Counted from the first letter of the stretch, positions 14,933-26,601 are shown. The stretch is DNA of 64,000 nucleotides from an uncultured Holophagales bacterium (GCA_963842525.1 CAWJGT010000009.1:1728001-1792000); one strand, 5' to 3'. A program made the numbers and translations. Notes: generated from the sequence alone by a model not told the origin.

Positions 14933-15119
14933 TCCCTCACCCCCGGCCCCTCTCCCATCCGCACTCCCGACCACCGGGAGAGGGGAGCCCACCGCCCAAG
15001 CCCATGCCCAGGGTTTACACCCTGGGCTACCGAATGTCGCCCTCCGGGCTCGCGAGAGCCCGGGATTCCAGAGCCCGGAGGGCGAAACTGGGTAGCCCCG
15101 GGTGTCAACCCGGGGCGAG
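14933..15119. repeat. REP cluster: CCCTCACCCCC...GGGAGAGGGG hairpin plus a 110-bp palindromic element also found at 21235-21344
   Basis: cccagggtttacaccctggg...gagcccggagggcg...ccccgggtgtcaacccgggg, near-identical second copy. Confidence 0.8.
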
Positions 15120-15186
15120 CAGGGCGTCCCGGTCTGGCAAGCTTGCCATCGCATAGACTCTAGCGCAGGGGGGCTCACGACCAGCC

Positions 15187-17181
15187 ATGCCGGACACAGA
15201 GACGCCGCGCCCGCGGCTGATCGCGGTTGCCGGGCCGCGGGCCGGATCGGTCTTCAAGCTTGGGGACACGGAGCTGGTCATCGGCCGGCAGGCCGGCTGC
15301 TATGTCCAGCTTCGGGACCTCGAGGTGTCGCGCCGCCACTGCTCGGTCACGAGGATCGCAGGAAGTGCCGCAGGAAGTGCCGCAGGAAGTGCCAGCCGTT
15401 TCGTCGTGCGCGATCTGGGCAGCCGCCATGGCACCTTCGTCAACGGCTTGGCCGTGACCGAACGCGAGCTGGTGGAAGGGGATGGGATCGGCGCCGGCAG
15501 CTCGCTGCTCATCTTTGCAACCGGCGAGGAGCCGGCCGGCGAGCGTTGCGCGGTCCAGCTCGACGAGGGCGCGTGGACCGCCGACACCTCGGTCCAGCTC
15601 GCGCCGCGCGAGAGCGCCTACCTGCGGCCGGCGCCTTCAGGGTCTCCAGTGCCGGCGATATTGCCAGAGGCCGGCTCGCGCCTGCTGCGTGACCTCTCGC
15701 TGCTGGTGCGGGTCAGCGCGGTCCTCCAGTCCTTGCCGGCGGTCGAGCCGCTCTGCCGCCGCCTCCTCGGCCTGCTCTTCGAGGCGATACCTGCCGAGCG
15801 CGCCGCCTTTCTCCTCCTCGACCGGGAGGACGGCGAACCGGCTCTCGCCTACACCCTCGAACGCCGCAGCGGCTCCGCCCGGCCCTTCAAGGTGAGCCGC
15901 ACGGTGGTTGCGCGGGTGCTCGGGGAGCGGACCGGCCTGCTCGCCAGCGATTCGCTGCGGACCTCCGACCTGGGAGAGGCCGCGAGCGTGCGGGCGGCGC
16001 GCCTGCGCTCACTCCTCGCCGTCCCCGTGCTCCACCTGGACCGCGCTCTGGGGCTCATCTATCTCGATACGCCCGAGAGCGGAGACGCGGTGCGCTTCGA
16101 CCGCGGCCACCTGGAGCTGGCGACCGCGGTGGCCGGCCTTACCGCGCCGGCCCTCGCCAACGCCCGCCGCATCGAGCGGCTGGAGGCGGAGCGGCGAGCC
16201 GCTGCCGCGGGAGCCCTTGGCCGCGGGCTGGTGGGGAAGAGCCCGCGCCTCTTCGCCGTCCGCGGCTTCCTCGCCCGGGTGGCGCCCACCGACTCGACCG
16301 TCCTCCTCCGCGGCGAGAGCGGCACGGGCAAAGAGCTTGCGGCGCGGGCGATCCATGAGGGGAGCCCGCGCGCCGGCGGCCCCTTCGTCGCCATCAACTG
16401 CGCCACCCTGTCCGAAACCCTGCTCGAAAGCGAGCTCTTCGGCCACGAGAAAGGGGCCTTCACCGGCGCCGTGGCGCAAAAGATCGGCAAGCTCGAAGCA
16501 GCGGAAGGCGGCACCCTCTTCCTGGACGAGGTGGGGGAGATCCCGGTCCACCTTCAGGCCAAGCTCCTCCGCGCCCTGGAAGAACGCGAGCTGGTGCGGG
16601 TGGGGAGCACGCGCGCTATCAGAGTCGACGTGCGGGTGATCGCCGCCACCCACCGCGACCTCGAAAAAGGGATCGCCACCGGGACCTTCCGCGCCGACCT
16701 CTACTATCGCCTGAACGTCCTCGCCTTGGAGCTGCCGCCGCTGCGCGACCGGCGCGAGGACATCCCACTCCTGGCCCGGCATTTCGTCGCCCGCCTGGGA
16801 CCGCGGCTCGGCCGCCCTGCCGCCGCCTTCACCCCGGAGGCCCTGGACTGCCTGTTGCGCTACCCCTGGCCGGGCAACGTGCGCGAGCTCGCCAACGCCA
16901 TCGAGCGTGCCCTGGTGCTGGGGGACGGGGACTGGCTGCGGCCCGAAGACCTCCCCGAAGCAGTGGTCGAGGCCGGCGGCCGGAGCGCAGGGCGCGAAGC
17001 CGGCCCCGTCGCCCCCTACCACGAGGCGCTCCTGCGTCTGAAGGAAGACCTGGTGCTCACAGCGATCGAGCAGGCCGCCGGCAACGTCACCCGGGCCGCC
17101 GAGCTCCTGGGCATCCACCCAAACTACCTCCACCGCCTGATCCGTAACCTCGGCCTGCGGCCCCGTCTCGGGCTCTCCTGA
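15187..17181 (+). CDS. Sigma54-dependent enhancer-binding protein: FHA, GAF, AAA+, Fis HTH
   Basis: FHA ([14 protein letters not shown]), [42 protein letters not shown]. Confidence 0.95.
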   Translation: MPDTETPRPRLIAVAGPRAGSVFKLGDTELVIGRQAGCYVQLRDLEVSRRHCSVTRIAGSAAGSAAGSASRFVVRDLGSRHGTFVNGLAVTERELVEGDGIGAGSSLLIFATGEEPAGERCAVQLDEGAWTADTSVQLAPRESAYLRPAPSGSPVPAILPEAGSRLLRDLSLLVRVSAVLQSLPAVEPLCRRLLGLLFEAIPAERAAFLLLDREDGEPALAYTLERRSGSARPFKVSRTVVARVLGERTGLLASDSLRTSDLGEAASVRAARLRSLLAVPVLHLDRALGLIYLDTPESGDAVRFDRGHLELATAVAGLTAPALANARRIERLEAERRAAAAGALGRGLVGKSPRLFAVRGFLARVAPTDSTVLLRGESGTGKELAARAIHEGSPRAGGPFVAINCATLSETLLESELFGHEKGAFTGAVAQKIGKLEAAEGGTLFLDEVGEIPVHLQAKLLRALEERELVRVGSTRAIRVDVRVIAATHRDLEKGIATGTFRADLYYRLNVLALELPPLRDRREDIPLLARHFVARLGPRLGRPAAAFTPEALDCLLRYPWPGNVRELANAIERALVLGDGDWLRPEDLPEAVVEAGGRSAGREAGPVAPYHEALLRLKEDLVLTAIEQAAGNVTRAAELLGIHPNYLHRLIRNLGLRPRLGLS

Positions 17182-17200
17182 CAGCTCGTTGACCGCCGCC

Positions 17201-17290
17201 ATCCGATCTCTTCACCCAAGCCGATCGGCTCGTGGCGTCTATCCGATCGGCTAGACCGGGCGCTTCCCGGTCTCTTAGCCGATCCTGCAA
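17201..17290. promoter_or_regulatory. Repeated CCGATC(GG) palindromes; candidate upstream activator sites
   Basis: agccgatcggct 17219-17230, atccgatcggct 17241-17252, partial copies near 17201 and 17278. Confidence 0.45.
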
Positions 17291-17339
17291 TCCCTTTGTT
17301 TGCAGGCGGATAGGAAAACAACATCCCTTCTCTCCCGGC

Positions 17340-17354
17340 TGGCACCGAACCTGC
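17340..17354 (+). promoter_or_regulatory. Sigma54 -24/-12 promoter
   Basis: TGGCAC-CGAAC-CTGC with exact GG-N10-GC spacing, just downstream of a sigma54 activator gene. Confidence 0.6.
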
Positions 17355-17499
17355 CTTGGACAGGGTGCGAAGTGAACAAACCGCGCTACCGCGCGCCAAC
17401 CCAGGAGGAAGACACATGGCCAGCACCGTCATCGATTGATTCCGCCCGCGCTCACCCGAAAGGCCTTGAAACATAACGGGTAGGAACTCTGAGAGGAGA

Positions 17500-18624
17500 A
17501 TGATGATGAACCGCTGCAAAAAGATCATGTTTCCATGCCTGCTTGCCTTCGCCGCCTCCCTGCCCATGCTTCCAGGGGCAGCCGCAGCAAGGACTCCATG
17601 CCTGGCGCTCGTCTCCGATCAGGAGGCGAAGACGCCGAAGCCTCTCGAGCCGAGCGGCATGGTCTGGGACGGGAAGAGCACCCTCTACATCGTCAGCGAC
17701 AACGGCCAGATCGTATCCATTCCCGTCGCGGCTCCGTACACGACGGATCCGACCCAGTGGACGATCCTCTACCAATGGGACAAGAAGGGCTCGGGAGACA
17801 AGGAGAAGGCGGCCAACGATTTCGAGAGCGTCGCCAGAGTGCCGGGACGGGACGACTTTCTCTACGTCGGCATCGAAGGCGACAACTGCTCGAAGTGCGA
17901 CGGGTCCACGATCAAGGAGCTCTCCATCTCCGGCAAGAAGTTCACGGGCAATGCATGGCTGCTCGGGGGCACCAAGATGGAATCCATGACGTTCATCCCC
18001 GACGCCGCGGTCGACCCGGAGGGCTTCAAAGGGTATTTCCTGACCGCGGCTCAAAACAGCGGCACGGTCCACCGCTACGACCTCGAGTTGGGAGGCAAGA
18101 AGACCGTCACGGAGAACACGAACGTCCCGACTTTCACCCCTGCGATCGAGCCCAAGAATTCCGATTTCCAGTTCTCTCCGGGCAACTCCGTGTTCTATGC
18201 CGCCTATGACGACGACAGCGAACACGACCCGGCCAAGCCAGGGAAACAGCGGGTCGTGCAGTACACCAGGTCGGGCAACACTTTCGTCAACGGCATCACC
18301 ACGTATCTTCCCTACAGTCGTGGCGTCGAAGCGGTTGCCGATGTCTTGAAGGGAGGGACGGTCAGTCTCTACATCGGCATCGATCTGAGCTCCAAGCAAA
18401 GGCCGTCGGCCAATGCCCCCAATCGGGTCGACCTGTATGCGCCATTTCCGAATTACGACGACTGCCCCTGTGCGGCCCAGACGTCGTGCGGTCTCATCAA
18501 GGGTACGAATTGCGGCTGGTGCGCCTCCCTTCATCGGGCCCTGCCGGGTACGGAGGACGGGGGGCCGAGCGTCGGGACGTGCGTCAATTGGATCTGGAAG
18601 TCCTCGAGCTGCAAGAACAACTGA
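17500..18624 (+). CDS. Secreted beta-propeller-like protein (SdiA-regulated/YjiK-like) with C-terminal Cys-rich PSI-like domain
   Basis: GAGGAG RBS, signal peptide; EPSG, DFESV and MESM blade motifs; CPCAAQTSC...NCGWC...C...C. Confidence 0.65.
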   Translation: MMMNRCKKIMFPCLLAFAASLPMLPGAAAARTPCLALVSDQEAKTPKPLEPSGMVWDGKSTLYIVSDNGQIVSIPVAAPYTTDPTQWTILYQWDKKGSGDKEKAANDFESVARVPGRDDFLYVGIEGDNCSKCDGSTIKELSISGKKFTGNAWLLGGTKMESMTFIPDAAVDPEGFKGYFLTAAQNSGTVHRYDLELGGKKTVTENTNVPTFTPAIEPKNSDFQFSPGNSVFYAAYDDDSEHDPAKPGKQRVVQYTRSGNTFVNGITTYLPYSRGVEAVADVLKGGTVSLYIGIDLSSKQRPSANAPNRVDLYAPFPNYDDCPCAAQTSCGLIKGTNCGWCASLHRALPGTEDGGPSVGTCVNWIWKSSSCKNN

Positions 18625-18693
18625 GCCGGGCTTCCCTACCGTGCGACTGGAGGAGCGGCTCCCCGGGGCCCCAAGCCGGACCGCTCCCCTCGT

Positions 18694-18772
18694 CGTAAGG
18701 ACGACCGCACAGGTCAGGCCGTCGAGGTCGCCGCGGGTGACGAGAAGCATAAGGCTGGCTCCCGGTTCGAAG
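18694..18772. repeat. 79-bp direct repeat of 21088-21166 (5' end and upstream region of the DHH gene)
   Basis: One mismatch in 79 bp by visual alignment. Confidence 0.9.
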
Positions 18773-18867
18773 GCAGTCGTGGAGCCGGCAGAGTGCTTCC
18801 CAAGCACTCTACTCCGTTGTAGCATTGGAGCGGCGCTGCCGCTTACCGGCATCCCCGTGACTGCCGC

Positions 18868-19170
18868 ATGACAACCACAGCCTCGCGGGCACGATTCGAA
18901 GTAACCGACCACTTTGAGCTCAGCGGTCGCGGCGGCTTCGTCATAGGGCATATCAAAGACGGTGTGATTCGCCCAGGAATGCTCGCCCAAACGGGCACAG
19001 ACCCATCGACGTTGACGATCAGCGGAGTTGAGTTCCTGGACAACCTTGCCGAGAAGAGGTTCTGGAATGCGCTAGTGTTTGCGGAGCGCCCCGCCCTAGA
19101 CTTTGTCAAGAGGGTGTTCCCACTCGGTAGCATTATCGAATTGGGGGCCGCGTATGAAGACGGAAACTGA
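18868..19170 (+). CDS. Small protein resembling stand-alone EF-Tu domain II
   Basis: FEVTDHFELSGRGGFVIGHIKDGVIRPG resembles the EF-Tu D2 pattern EDVFSISGRGTVVTGRxExG. Confidence 0.55.
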   Translation: MTTTASRARFEVTDHFELSGRGGFVIGHIKDGVIRPGMLAQTGTDPSTLTISGVEFLDNLAEKRFWNALVFAERPALDFVKRVFPLGSIIELGAAYEDGN

Positions 19171-19460
19171 CGACGCGCGTGGAGTCCTGAGTGGTCGATT
19201 GGAACCTGCTGCGGAGAACGTGGTGAGATTCCTTGGTGCACTGGTCTTGATTCTGTCGATCGCTCTGCTTGGCTTCTCGATATACGCCCTCGGAGCCGCC
19301 AAGGCCATGGCCGGTCGTTTGACTGTGGTCGGCGACGCATTCGGCCAACAACTCGATGCGAGGGATTGGCAGCGCCACTGGGTCGCGGCGTCGATCATCA
19401 ACGGCCTCCTGGCAGCGATAGGCGTTGCCGCCGGCTTCGGCCTGCTAACTCGGCGCTCCG
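19154..19460 (+). pseudogene. Truncated membrane protein fragment
   Basis: MKTETDD start, two hydrophobic segments, then abrupt transition into MOSC-coding sequence. Confidence 0.4.
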
Positions 19461-19998
19461 CGGTCTCGACGAGAGTACAGGCGAGCCCCTGCCAACTCAC
19501 GTACGCACGCCGGCCGGAACGCACGTGGAGCTTCGCAGCGTAGAGCTCCAGAGCGAGGTCGCCGAACGCTTTGGGAGCAGCGTGGAACTGATGATGCTCA
19601 AGCACGGGATCTTCGATGATGCCTCCGTATCGGTGATTAGCCTGGCGACCATTGCTGGCATTGGTGGCGAGGCGGGAGTGAACCTCGATCGCGGGCGCTT
19701 CCGAGCCAACATTGTGCTCGAGACTCGCCACTGCGAGCCGTTTCTCGAGGATGCGTGGGTAGGCGGGACACTGGTGTTCGGCAACACCGAGCCAAAGCCA
19801 GCCGTGAGCGTGACGGCCCGTGACGTGCGATGCATGATGCTCAACCTCGATCCGGACACGGCCACACAAGACAAGCGGGTGCTGAAGACAGTCGTACGTC
19901 TGAACAAGAACAACGCGGGCGTCTATGGCACGGTGGTGCAAAGCGGTACAATCCGCGTTGGTGAGCCAGTGAGCCTCATATTGGACGCGCGGCGCTGA
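19460..19998 (+). pseudogene. MOSC-domain protein lacking its N-terminus
   Basis: RFRANIV, FLEDAW, RCMMLNLDPDT, AGVYGTVVQSGTIRVG. Confidence 0.7.
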
Positions 19999-20251
19999 AG
20001 ACGCGCAACACGCTCAACAACTCCTGCAAGGGGACTTGCTTCCCCTGTGCGACGTTGCTGACCTGTACCGGTCAAAGCTGCGTCAGTTGCCCAAACTGCC
20101 CAAGCGGGGTCGAGTGCTGACACGAATGCGATGAATTGGAAATTGGAGGGCTTCAGATTTTTCCGAAGCCCTTCAGAACCTTCCTAAGCCTTCGAGAACC
20201 GACGAATCAGCCGCCACGCCGAGGAGCTTGCTGCGGGAGGGGCGTCCTAGA

Positions 20252-21144
20252 TCAGCCGTTCGCCTTCAGCTCGTTGATCACCATCTGGATCTGCTGGTCC
20301 GGATCGTCCATCAGCGGGATGCTGCCCGCGCCGCGGTGGCCGCCGCCGCCGTAGCGGGCGGCGAGCTCGCCGACGTTGGTCTTGCAGGTCCGGTTGAAGA
20401 TGCTGTGGCCGATGAGCAGCACCGGGAAGGAGCGGTTCGGCCCCCAGTGGACGCGCGTCGAGACGTTGACCTCCGGAAAGAGCGCATAGACCAGGAAGCG
20501 GTTGCCGATCGGCGGGTAGTCGAGGTCCCGGAAGTCGGTGATGACCACGTTGCCGTCGACCCGGCTGTGGCTGCGCAGCTCGGTGCGGAAGCTCTCGTCC
20601 TGGCTGTCGAGGATCTCGCAGCGCTTGCGCACGCTGGGGTCCGCCAGGACCTCCTCGACCGGAGGGCCGGACTTGAGCAGGTCGACGAGGTGCATGAAAT
20701 AGCTCTCGAAGGTGCCGAGCCCGGTGCGGCCGTCGATGGTGAAGCCGAGCTTGATGTAGCCCTGGGGAGCGAGGACGTCCTCGGGCCTGAGGTTTGCCGA
20801 ATCGAGGCGATCGGTCTCCTCGACGAGGTCCATGAGCTGGGCATCGCATCCTCGCCGCCGTAATACTCGTAGACCAGCCGCGCCGCCGACGGGGCCTCGC
20901 CGAAGGCGCCCTTGAACCCACCCATGGGCACGTTGGGGGTCGCCGTGTGCAGGTGGTGGTCGAACCACATCGAGCATGCGGGGTGGTAGGGGAGGTTGGC
21001 GATGATGTCGCCTGACCGGATCTCGGCCCGTCCGTCGGAGATGTCCTGGGGATGGATGAGCTCGATCTTCTCGATCGGCTCGTTGAGCGTAAGGACGACC
21101 GCACAGGTCAGGCCGTCGAGGTCGCCGCGGGTGACGAGACGCAT
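20252..21144 (-). CDS. DHH-family phosphoesterase (NrnA/exopolyphosphatase-like); frameshift near 20845
   Basis: RLVTRGDLDG, WFDHH, APSAAR, GGGGHRGAG. Confidence 0.85.
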
Positions 21145-21234
21145 AAGGCTGGCTCCCGGTTCGAAGTTCCCGGGAAGGGTACCAGATTCCGGGGCGGGAG
21201 CGCCGAGGCGCTCGCTCCGCAGCGCGTTTCCTTG

Positions 21235-21344
21235 CCAGGGTTCACACCCTGGGCTACCGAATGGCGCCCTCCGGGCTCAAAAGCCTGGGATTCCAGAGCC
21301 CGGAGGGCGGAACTGGGTAGCCCCGGGTGTCAACCCGGGGCGAG
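21235..21344. repeat. Palindromic REP/MITE-like element (copy of 15007-15119)
   Basis: Near-identical sequence with internal inverted repeats. Confidence 0.8.
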
Positions 21345-21423
21345 TGGGCCGGGGGTGAGGTTTCTTCGCCACGGATCGCATACTCTCTCTCCGTCAAGCC
21401 GTTCGGATCTCAGGAGACCGTCC

Positions 21424-23910
21424 TTGCCCTTCACCCTCCCCGCCCTCCGCCCCCTCGCCCGCCTCGATTCTCCGGAGTCCGGGGTTCGTCGTTGTGCCGG
21501 TGTTGACGCTCGCCGTCGGCATCGGGGCCAATGCGGCGATCTTCAGCGTGGTCGATGCGGTGCTGATCCGTCCCCTGCCGTATCCGGAGCCGGAGCGGCT
21601 CGTGTCGATCGGACACACGGCGCCGGGGCTGGGGATGGAGAACGTGCCGCTCTCGGATGCGTCGTATGTCCTCTACCGCAAGAACAACCGGGTCGCTCGA
21701 AGAGCTGGGGATGTATTGGGCGACCTCCGCCACGCTGACCGGCGCAGCGGGACCCGGAGCGGTTGAGCGCCACGCATGCCACGGGCTCCCTGTTCACGGT
21801 GCTGCGGGTTCCGGCCGCCTTGGGGCATGTGATCCAGGAGGCCGACGAGCGGCCCGGGGCGGACAAGGTGGTGCTTCTGTCCCATGCTCTCTGGCAGCGC
21901 TGGTTCGGCGGCGACCCCGGGGTGCTGGGCTCGTCGCTGCGGGTCGACGGCGAGGTGCGGCGCGTGATCGGCGTCATGCCCGAAGGGTTCCACTTCCCGG
22001 ATGCCGAGACGGAGCTGTGGATCCCGGTGACGCTCGACCTGGCGGGCCTCCAGATGGGGAACTTCAACTTCGGAGGGCTGGGCCGGATGCGCTCCGGGAC
22101 CACGGCCGGGCAGGCCGACCGCGAGCTCTCGGCTCTGGTCCAGCGCATCCCGGAGGCCGGCGGCGAGGAGCAGGGGATCACCCGCGGCATGCTCGAGCAG
22201 GCGAAGCTCTCCGTCGTCGTCGAGCCGCTGCGGGACGCGGTCGTGGGGGATCTCGAAAACATCCTCTGGACGCTGCTGGGCGGCGTCGGGCTCGTCCTCC
22301 TGATCGCCTGCGCCAACGTGGCCAACCTCTTCCTGGTGCGGGCGGAGTCGCGGCAGCGGGAGATGGCGGTGCGCTCCGCCCTGGGAGCCTCGCGGCGCGA
22401 GATCGCCCGTCTCTTCCTGGCCGAGAGCCTCGCGCTCGCTTTGGCCGGCGGCGCCGTCGGGATCCTCCTGGCCGCCGCGGGCGTACGCCTCCTGGTGAGA
22501 CTGCGGCCCCAGGGCATCCCGCGCCTGGAGGAGATCGGCGTCGACGGCTCGGTGCTCGCCTTCACGGTCCTGCTGAGCCTGCTCGCGGGTGTTCTGGTCG
22601 GCGTGCTGGCGGCGTTCCGCTTCAATGCGCCGGACCTGATGCCTTCCCTCAAGGAAGGAGGCCGCGGCGGCGGTATGGCGGGGGTGGGCCGTGCGCGCCA
22701 TCTCGCCCGCCACGTCCTGGTGGCCTTCCAGGTGGCCTTCGCCCTCATGCTCCTGGTGGGAGCGGTCCTCATGGTGCAGAGCTTCTGGCGGCTGCGCGAT
22801 GTGGACCCGGGGCTGCGGCCGGAGGGAGTCCTCACCCTGCGCCTCGACCTGCCCGCGGCCAAGTATCAGGACCCGCCGTCCGCCGCCCGGTTCGTGACGC
22901 AGCTCCTGGAGCAGGTGCGAGCCCTTCCCGGCGTCGCGTCGGCGGGCACGGTGTCGGAGCTGCCGCTGACCGGCCGGCTGACGGGCGGCGGCCATGTGAT
23001 CGAGGACCACCCTCTGCCTCCCGACACCCTGCCAACCCTCATCGGCTACCGCACCGTCAGCCCCGGCTACTTCGAGACCATGGGGATCCCCTTGATCGCG
23101 GGGAGGACCTTCGACCGCCTCGATCCGGACCGGCCGGCCGACGGGGTGGTGGTCAGCGAGGCTGTGGCGAAGCGCTTCTGGCCCCAGGGGAGCGCCCTGG
23201 GGAAGCGGCTGTCCCCCGGTGATCCGGAGGAGCCGAGGTGGTTCACCATCGCCGGCGTGGTCGGGAGTGTCCGGGAGCAGAGGCTCGAGGAGCCGCCGAC
23301 CGAGGTGGTCTACTACCCGGTGCGCGCGCGTGCCGCCGGAGCACCGGCCGATGCGGAGGCGGTATCGCGGAGCTTCAGCCTCGTCGTCCACAGCACGTCC
23401 GGCAGGCCCGAGTCGCACGTCCAGCCCATCCAGAAGGTGATCCGGTCGCTCGACCCGAGCCTGCCGCTCTTCGAGGTCCGCACCATGCAGGAGGTCGTGG
23501 ACCGGTCCATGGCGCGCACCTCCTTCACCATGCTGCTGCTGGTGATCGCCGCCGCCATGGCCCTCCTGCTGGCCTCGGTAGGGCTCTACGGCGTCATCTC
23601 CTACGTCATGAGCCAGCGCACGCAGGAGATCGGTGTGCGAATGGCTCTCGGGGCGCGCCGGCTGGACATCGTCCGGATGGTGCTGCGGGAGGGGCTGGTT
23701 GTCACGCTCGCCGGCATCGCCCTGGGTCTGGCCGGCGCGTTGGGCGTCACGCGGCTGATGCGCGGCCTGCTCTACGGCGTGGAACCGGCCGATCCTGTGA
23801 CCTTCTCCCTGGTGCCCATTCTCCTCGCCGCCATCGCGCTCTTCGCGAGTTGGCTGCCCGCCCAGAGGGCTGCCGAGGTCGAGCCGCTGGAAGCGATCCG
23901 CTACGAATAG
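21424..23910 (+). CDS. ADOP-type duplicated MacB/FtsX ABC permease; frameshifts in the 5' part
   Basis: [55 protein letters not shown]. Confidence 0.9.
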
Positions 23911-23968
23911 CATCCGCCTGTAACGTTCACCCTGTTCCCTTCGTAGTGGCATCCGAGGAGGGACTCTC

Positions 23969-26443
23969 ATGCTGTCAGCCATTCCAGTGCTCCGCCCGCT
24001 GGCCCGGGCGTTCGGCCGCAATCCGGGTTTCGTGTTGATCGCCGTGCTCACCCTGGCCGCCGGGATCGGCGCCAATGCGGCGATCTTCAGCGTGGTCAAT
24101 GCCGTGCTGATCCGCCCGCTGCCGTATCCGGAGCCGGACCGGGTCGTGGCGGTCTGGCATACGGCGCCGGGGCTCGAAATGCCGCAGTTCGAGCTGTCGG
24201 ATGCGAGCTACCTCCTCTATCGCCAGCGCAACCGGGTGCTCGAAGACCTGGGGATCTATTGGGATGGAGCGCAGACCCTGACCGGCGACGGCGAGCCCAA
24301 GCGGGTCGGCGCTTCGGGCCTGACGGCCTCGGTCTTCTCGGTGCTGCGGGCGCAGGCCGCGCTCGGACGGACCCTTCAGGCCGCCGACGAGCGCCGGGGT
24401 GCTCCGAAGGTCGCCGTTCTCTCCCACGCGTTGTGGCAGAGCCGGTTCGGCGGCGATCCCGAGGTCCTCGGCAAGACGCTGCGCCTCGACGGTGAGCTCT
24501 ATCGGGTCGTGGGCGTCATGCCCGAGATCTTCCACTTCCCGGTGGCGGAGACCGAGCTCTGGGTGCCCATGACCCTCGATCCCACACGGCTCGCTTCCGG
24601 CAACTTCAACTACAACGCGGTCGGGCGGCTGCGGCCCGGGGTCTCTGCCGAGCGGGCCGCCGGCGAGCTGTCGCAGCTCGTCTGGGCCCTGCCTGAGGTC
24701 ACTACCGATGAGGGCATCACCCGCGGCATGATCGAGCACGCGAAGCTCGCGTTGCTCGTCCGGCCGCTGCGCGACGACGTCGTCGGGGAGGTCGAGCGCG
24801 TGCTCTGGCTCCTCCTGGGCAGCGTCGGCTGCATCCTCCTGATCGCCTGCGCCAACGTGGCCAACCTCCTGCTGGTGCGGGCCGAGAGCCGGCAGCGCGA
24901 GGTGGCGGTGCGCACGGCCCTGGGAGCCTCGCGCGGCCAGATCGCCCGGCTGTTCCTGAGCGAGAGCCTGGCTCTTTCGCTGCTTGGCGGGGCGCTGGGC
25001 CTGGCCCTGGCCGCCGCGGGCGTGCGCCTGCTGGTGAGCCTGCGGCCCGAGGGCATCCCCCGCCTGGAGGAGATCGGCATCGGCGGCTCGGTGCTCGCCT
25101 TCACCCTCGCGGTGTCCCTCCTGGCCGGCCTGCTGATCGGCGCCCTGGCCGCGCTGTTCTATGGTTCCCCGAACCTGATTCCTGCGCTCAAGGAAGGGGG
25201 CCGCGGCGGCACGGCCGGCCGCGAGCGCCACCTCGTGCGCAACACCCTGGTGGTCGCCGAGACGGCCCTCGCCCTGGTCCTCCTGGTGGGAGCGGGCCTC
25301 ATGGTTAAGAGCTTCTGGCGATTGCGCAGCGTCGATCCGGGCTTCGACCCGCGGGGCGTGCTCACCGTGCGCCTGGATCTCCCGGAGGCGGAGTACCGGG
25401 ACGCCTTCGCCAATGCCCGGTTCGTCCAGCAGCTCCTCGAACGGGTGCGGGCGATCCCCGGGGTGGCCACGGGGGGGACGATCAGCAACCTCCCGCTGTC
25501 CGGCAACAACTCGAACAGCACTTACACCTTCGAGGACTTCCCCCTGCCGCCCGACACCGTGCCGCCGGTCCTCAGCACCCGCTTCGCGAGCCCCGGTTAT
25601 TTCGAGGCCATGGGCATCCCCCTGATCGAGGGGACGGCCTTCGAGCGTCTGGATCCGGCCAAGCGCGCCAATGGAATCGTGATCAGCGAGGCCCTGGCAA
25701 AACATTACTATCCGCAAGGGGGAGCCCTCGGCCGCCGCATCACCGCGGGGCTGCGGGACAAACAGCCAGCCTGGTACACCATCGTCGGCGTGGTGGGGAG
25801 CGTCCGCGACCAGGGCTTGCACACCGCTCTCACCGAGGCGATCTACTTCCCCGTGCTGCGGCTCGGCACGAAAGACGTCGAGGAGGAGGAGTGGGTGCCG
25901 CGCAATTTCACCCTCGTGGTGCGCAGCCGGGGCGCGGCTCCGGAGGCGCTGGCGCGGCAGGTGCGCGAAGCCATCTGGTCGCTCGACCGGAACCTGCCCC
26001 TCTCCCGGATCGCGACCATGGACGAGCTCGTGGAGCGCTCCATGGTGCGCACGTCGTTCACCATGCTGCTTCTGGTGATCGCCGCGTCCGTGGCGCTCCT
26101 GCTCGGCGCCGTGGGGCTCTACGGCGTCATCTCGTATGTGGTCAGCCAGCGGACGCAGGAAATCGGAGTGCGCATGGCCCTCGGTGCAGGCCGGCGGGAC
26201 ATCGCCCGCATGGTGCTGCGCGAAGGGCTCGGCCTTTCCCTTTTGGGCATCGTCCTCGGCCTCGCCGGCGCCTTTGCCGTCACGCGGCTGATGTATGCCT
26301 TGCTCTTCGAGGTGAGCGCCACGGACCTGGCGACCTTCGCGGTCGTCCCGATGCTCCTCGCCGCAGTGGCCCTCCTCGCCAGCTACATCCCAGCCCGCAA
26401 GGCTGCCGGGGTCGATCCGCTGGAAGCGATCCGCTATGAGTGA
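23969..26443 (+). CDS. ADOP-type duplicated MacB/FtsX ABC permease (tandem paralog)
   Basis: Same motif set; intact 824-aa ORF. Confidence 0.93.
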   Translation: MLSAIPVLRPLARAFGRNPGFVLIAVLTLAAGIGANAAIFSVVNAVLIRPLPYPEPDRVVAVWHTAPGLEMPQFELSDASYLLYRQRNRVLEDLGIYWDGAQTLTGDGEPKRVGASGLTASVFSVLRAQAALGRTLQAADERRGAPKVAVLSHALWQSRFGGDPEVLGKTLRLDGELYRVVGVMPEIFHFPVAETELWVPMTLDPTRLASGNFNYNAVGRLRPGVSAERAAGELSQLVWALPEVTTDEGITRGMIEHAKLALLVRPLRDDVVGEVERVLWLLLGSVGCILLIACANVANLLLVRAESRQREVAVRTALGASRGQIARLFLSESLALSLLGGALGLALAAAGVRLLVSLRPEGIPRLEEIGIGGSVLAFTLAVSLLAGLLIGALAALFYGSPNLIPALKEGGRGGTAGRERHLVRNTLVVAETALALVLLVGAGLMVKSFWRLRSVDPGFDPRGVLTVRLDLPEAEYRDAFANARFVQQLLERVRAIPGVATGGTISNLPLSGNNSNSTYTFEDFPLPPDTVPPVLSTRFASPGYFEAMGIPLIEGTAFERLDPAKRANGIVISEALAKHYYPQGGALGRRITAGLRDKQPAWYTIVGVVGSVRDQGLHTALTEAIYFPVLRLGTKDVEEEEWVPRNFTLVVRSRGAAPEALARQVREAIWSLDRNLPLSRIATMDELVERSMVRTSFTMLLLVIAASVALLLGAVGLYGVISYVVSQRTQEIGVRMALGAGRRDIARMVLREGLGLSLLGIVLGLAGAFAVTRLMYALLFEVSATDLATFAVVPMLLAAVALLASYIPARKAAGVDPLEAIRYE

Positions 26444-26600
26444 GGCGCGAGAAGGAACCCGACCAGGCCCATCAGCAGGAAGAGCACGGCGAACCCGGCC
26501 CTGAGCAGGGCCAGGCCCCATAGAACTGCGAACGAGTCGACCTCCGCGGGGTCGTACCGGACCGCGACCGCCTCGCCGACCTCGAAGCCCTGGAAGCCGC
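26434..26600 (-). pseudogene. C-terminal remnant of a DUF3592-like membrane protein
   Basis: FEVGEAVAVRYDP followed by a TM helix; no 5' part. Confidence 0.45.
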
Positions 26601-26601
26601 G

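Noticed and set aside
15135-15148. tggcaagcttgcca as a sigma54 promoter
   Set aside because: Perfect palindrome but GG-to-GC spacing is not 10 nt on either strand; may simply be an operator or repeat remnant
15358-15393. 12-bp triple repeat (gcaggaagtgcc) in the FHA domain
   Set aside because: In-frame AGSA loop expansion with no sign of phase variation
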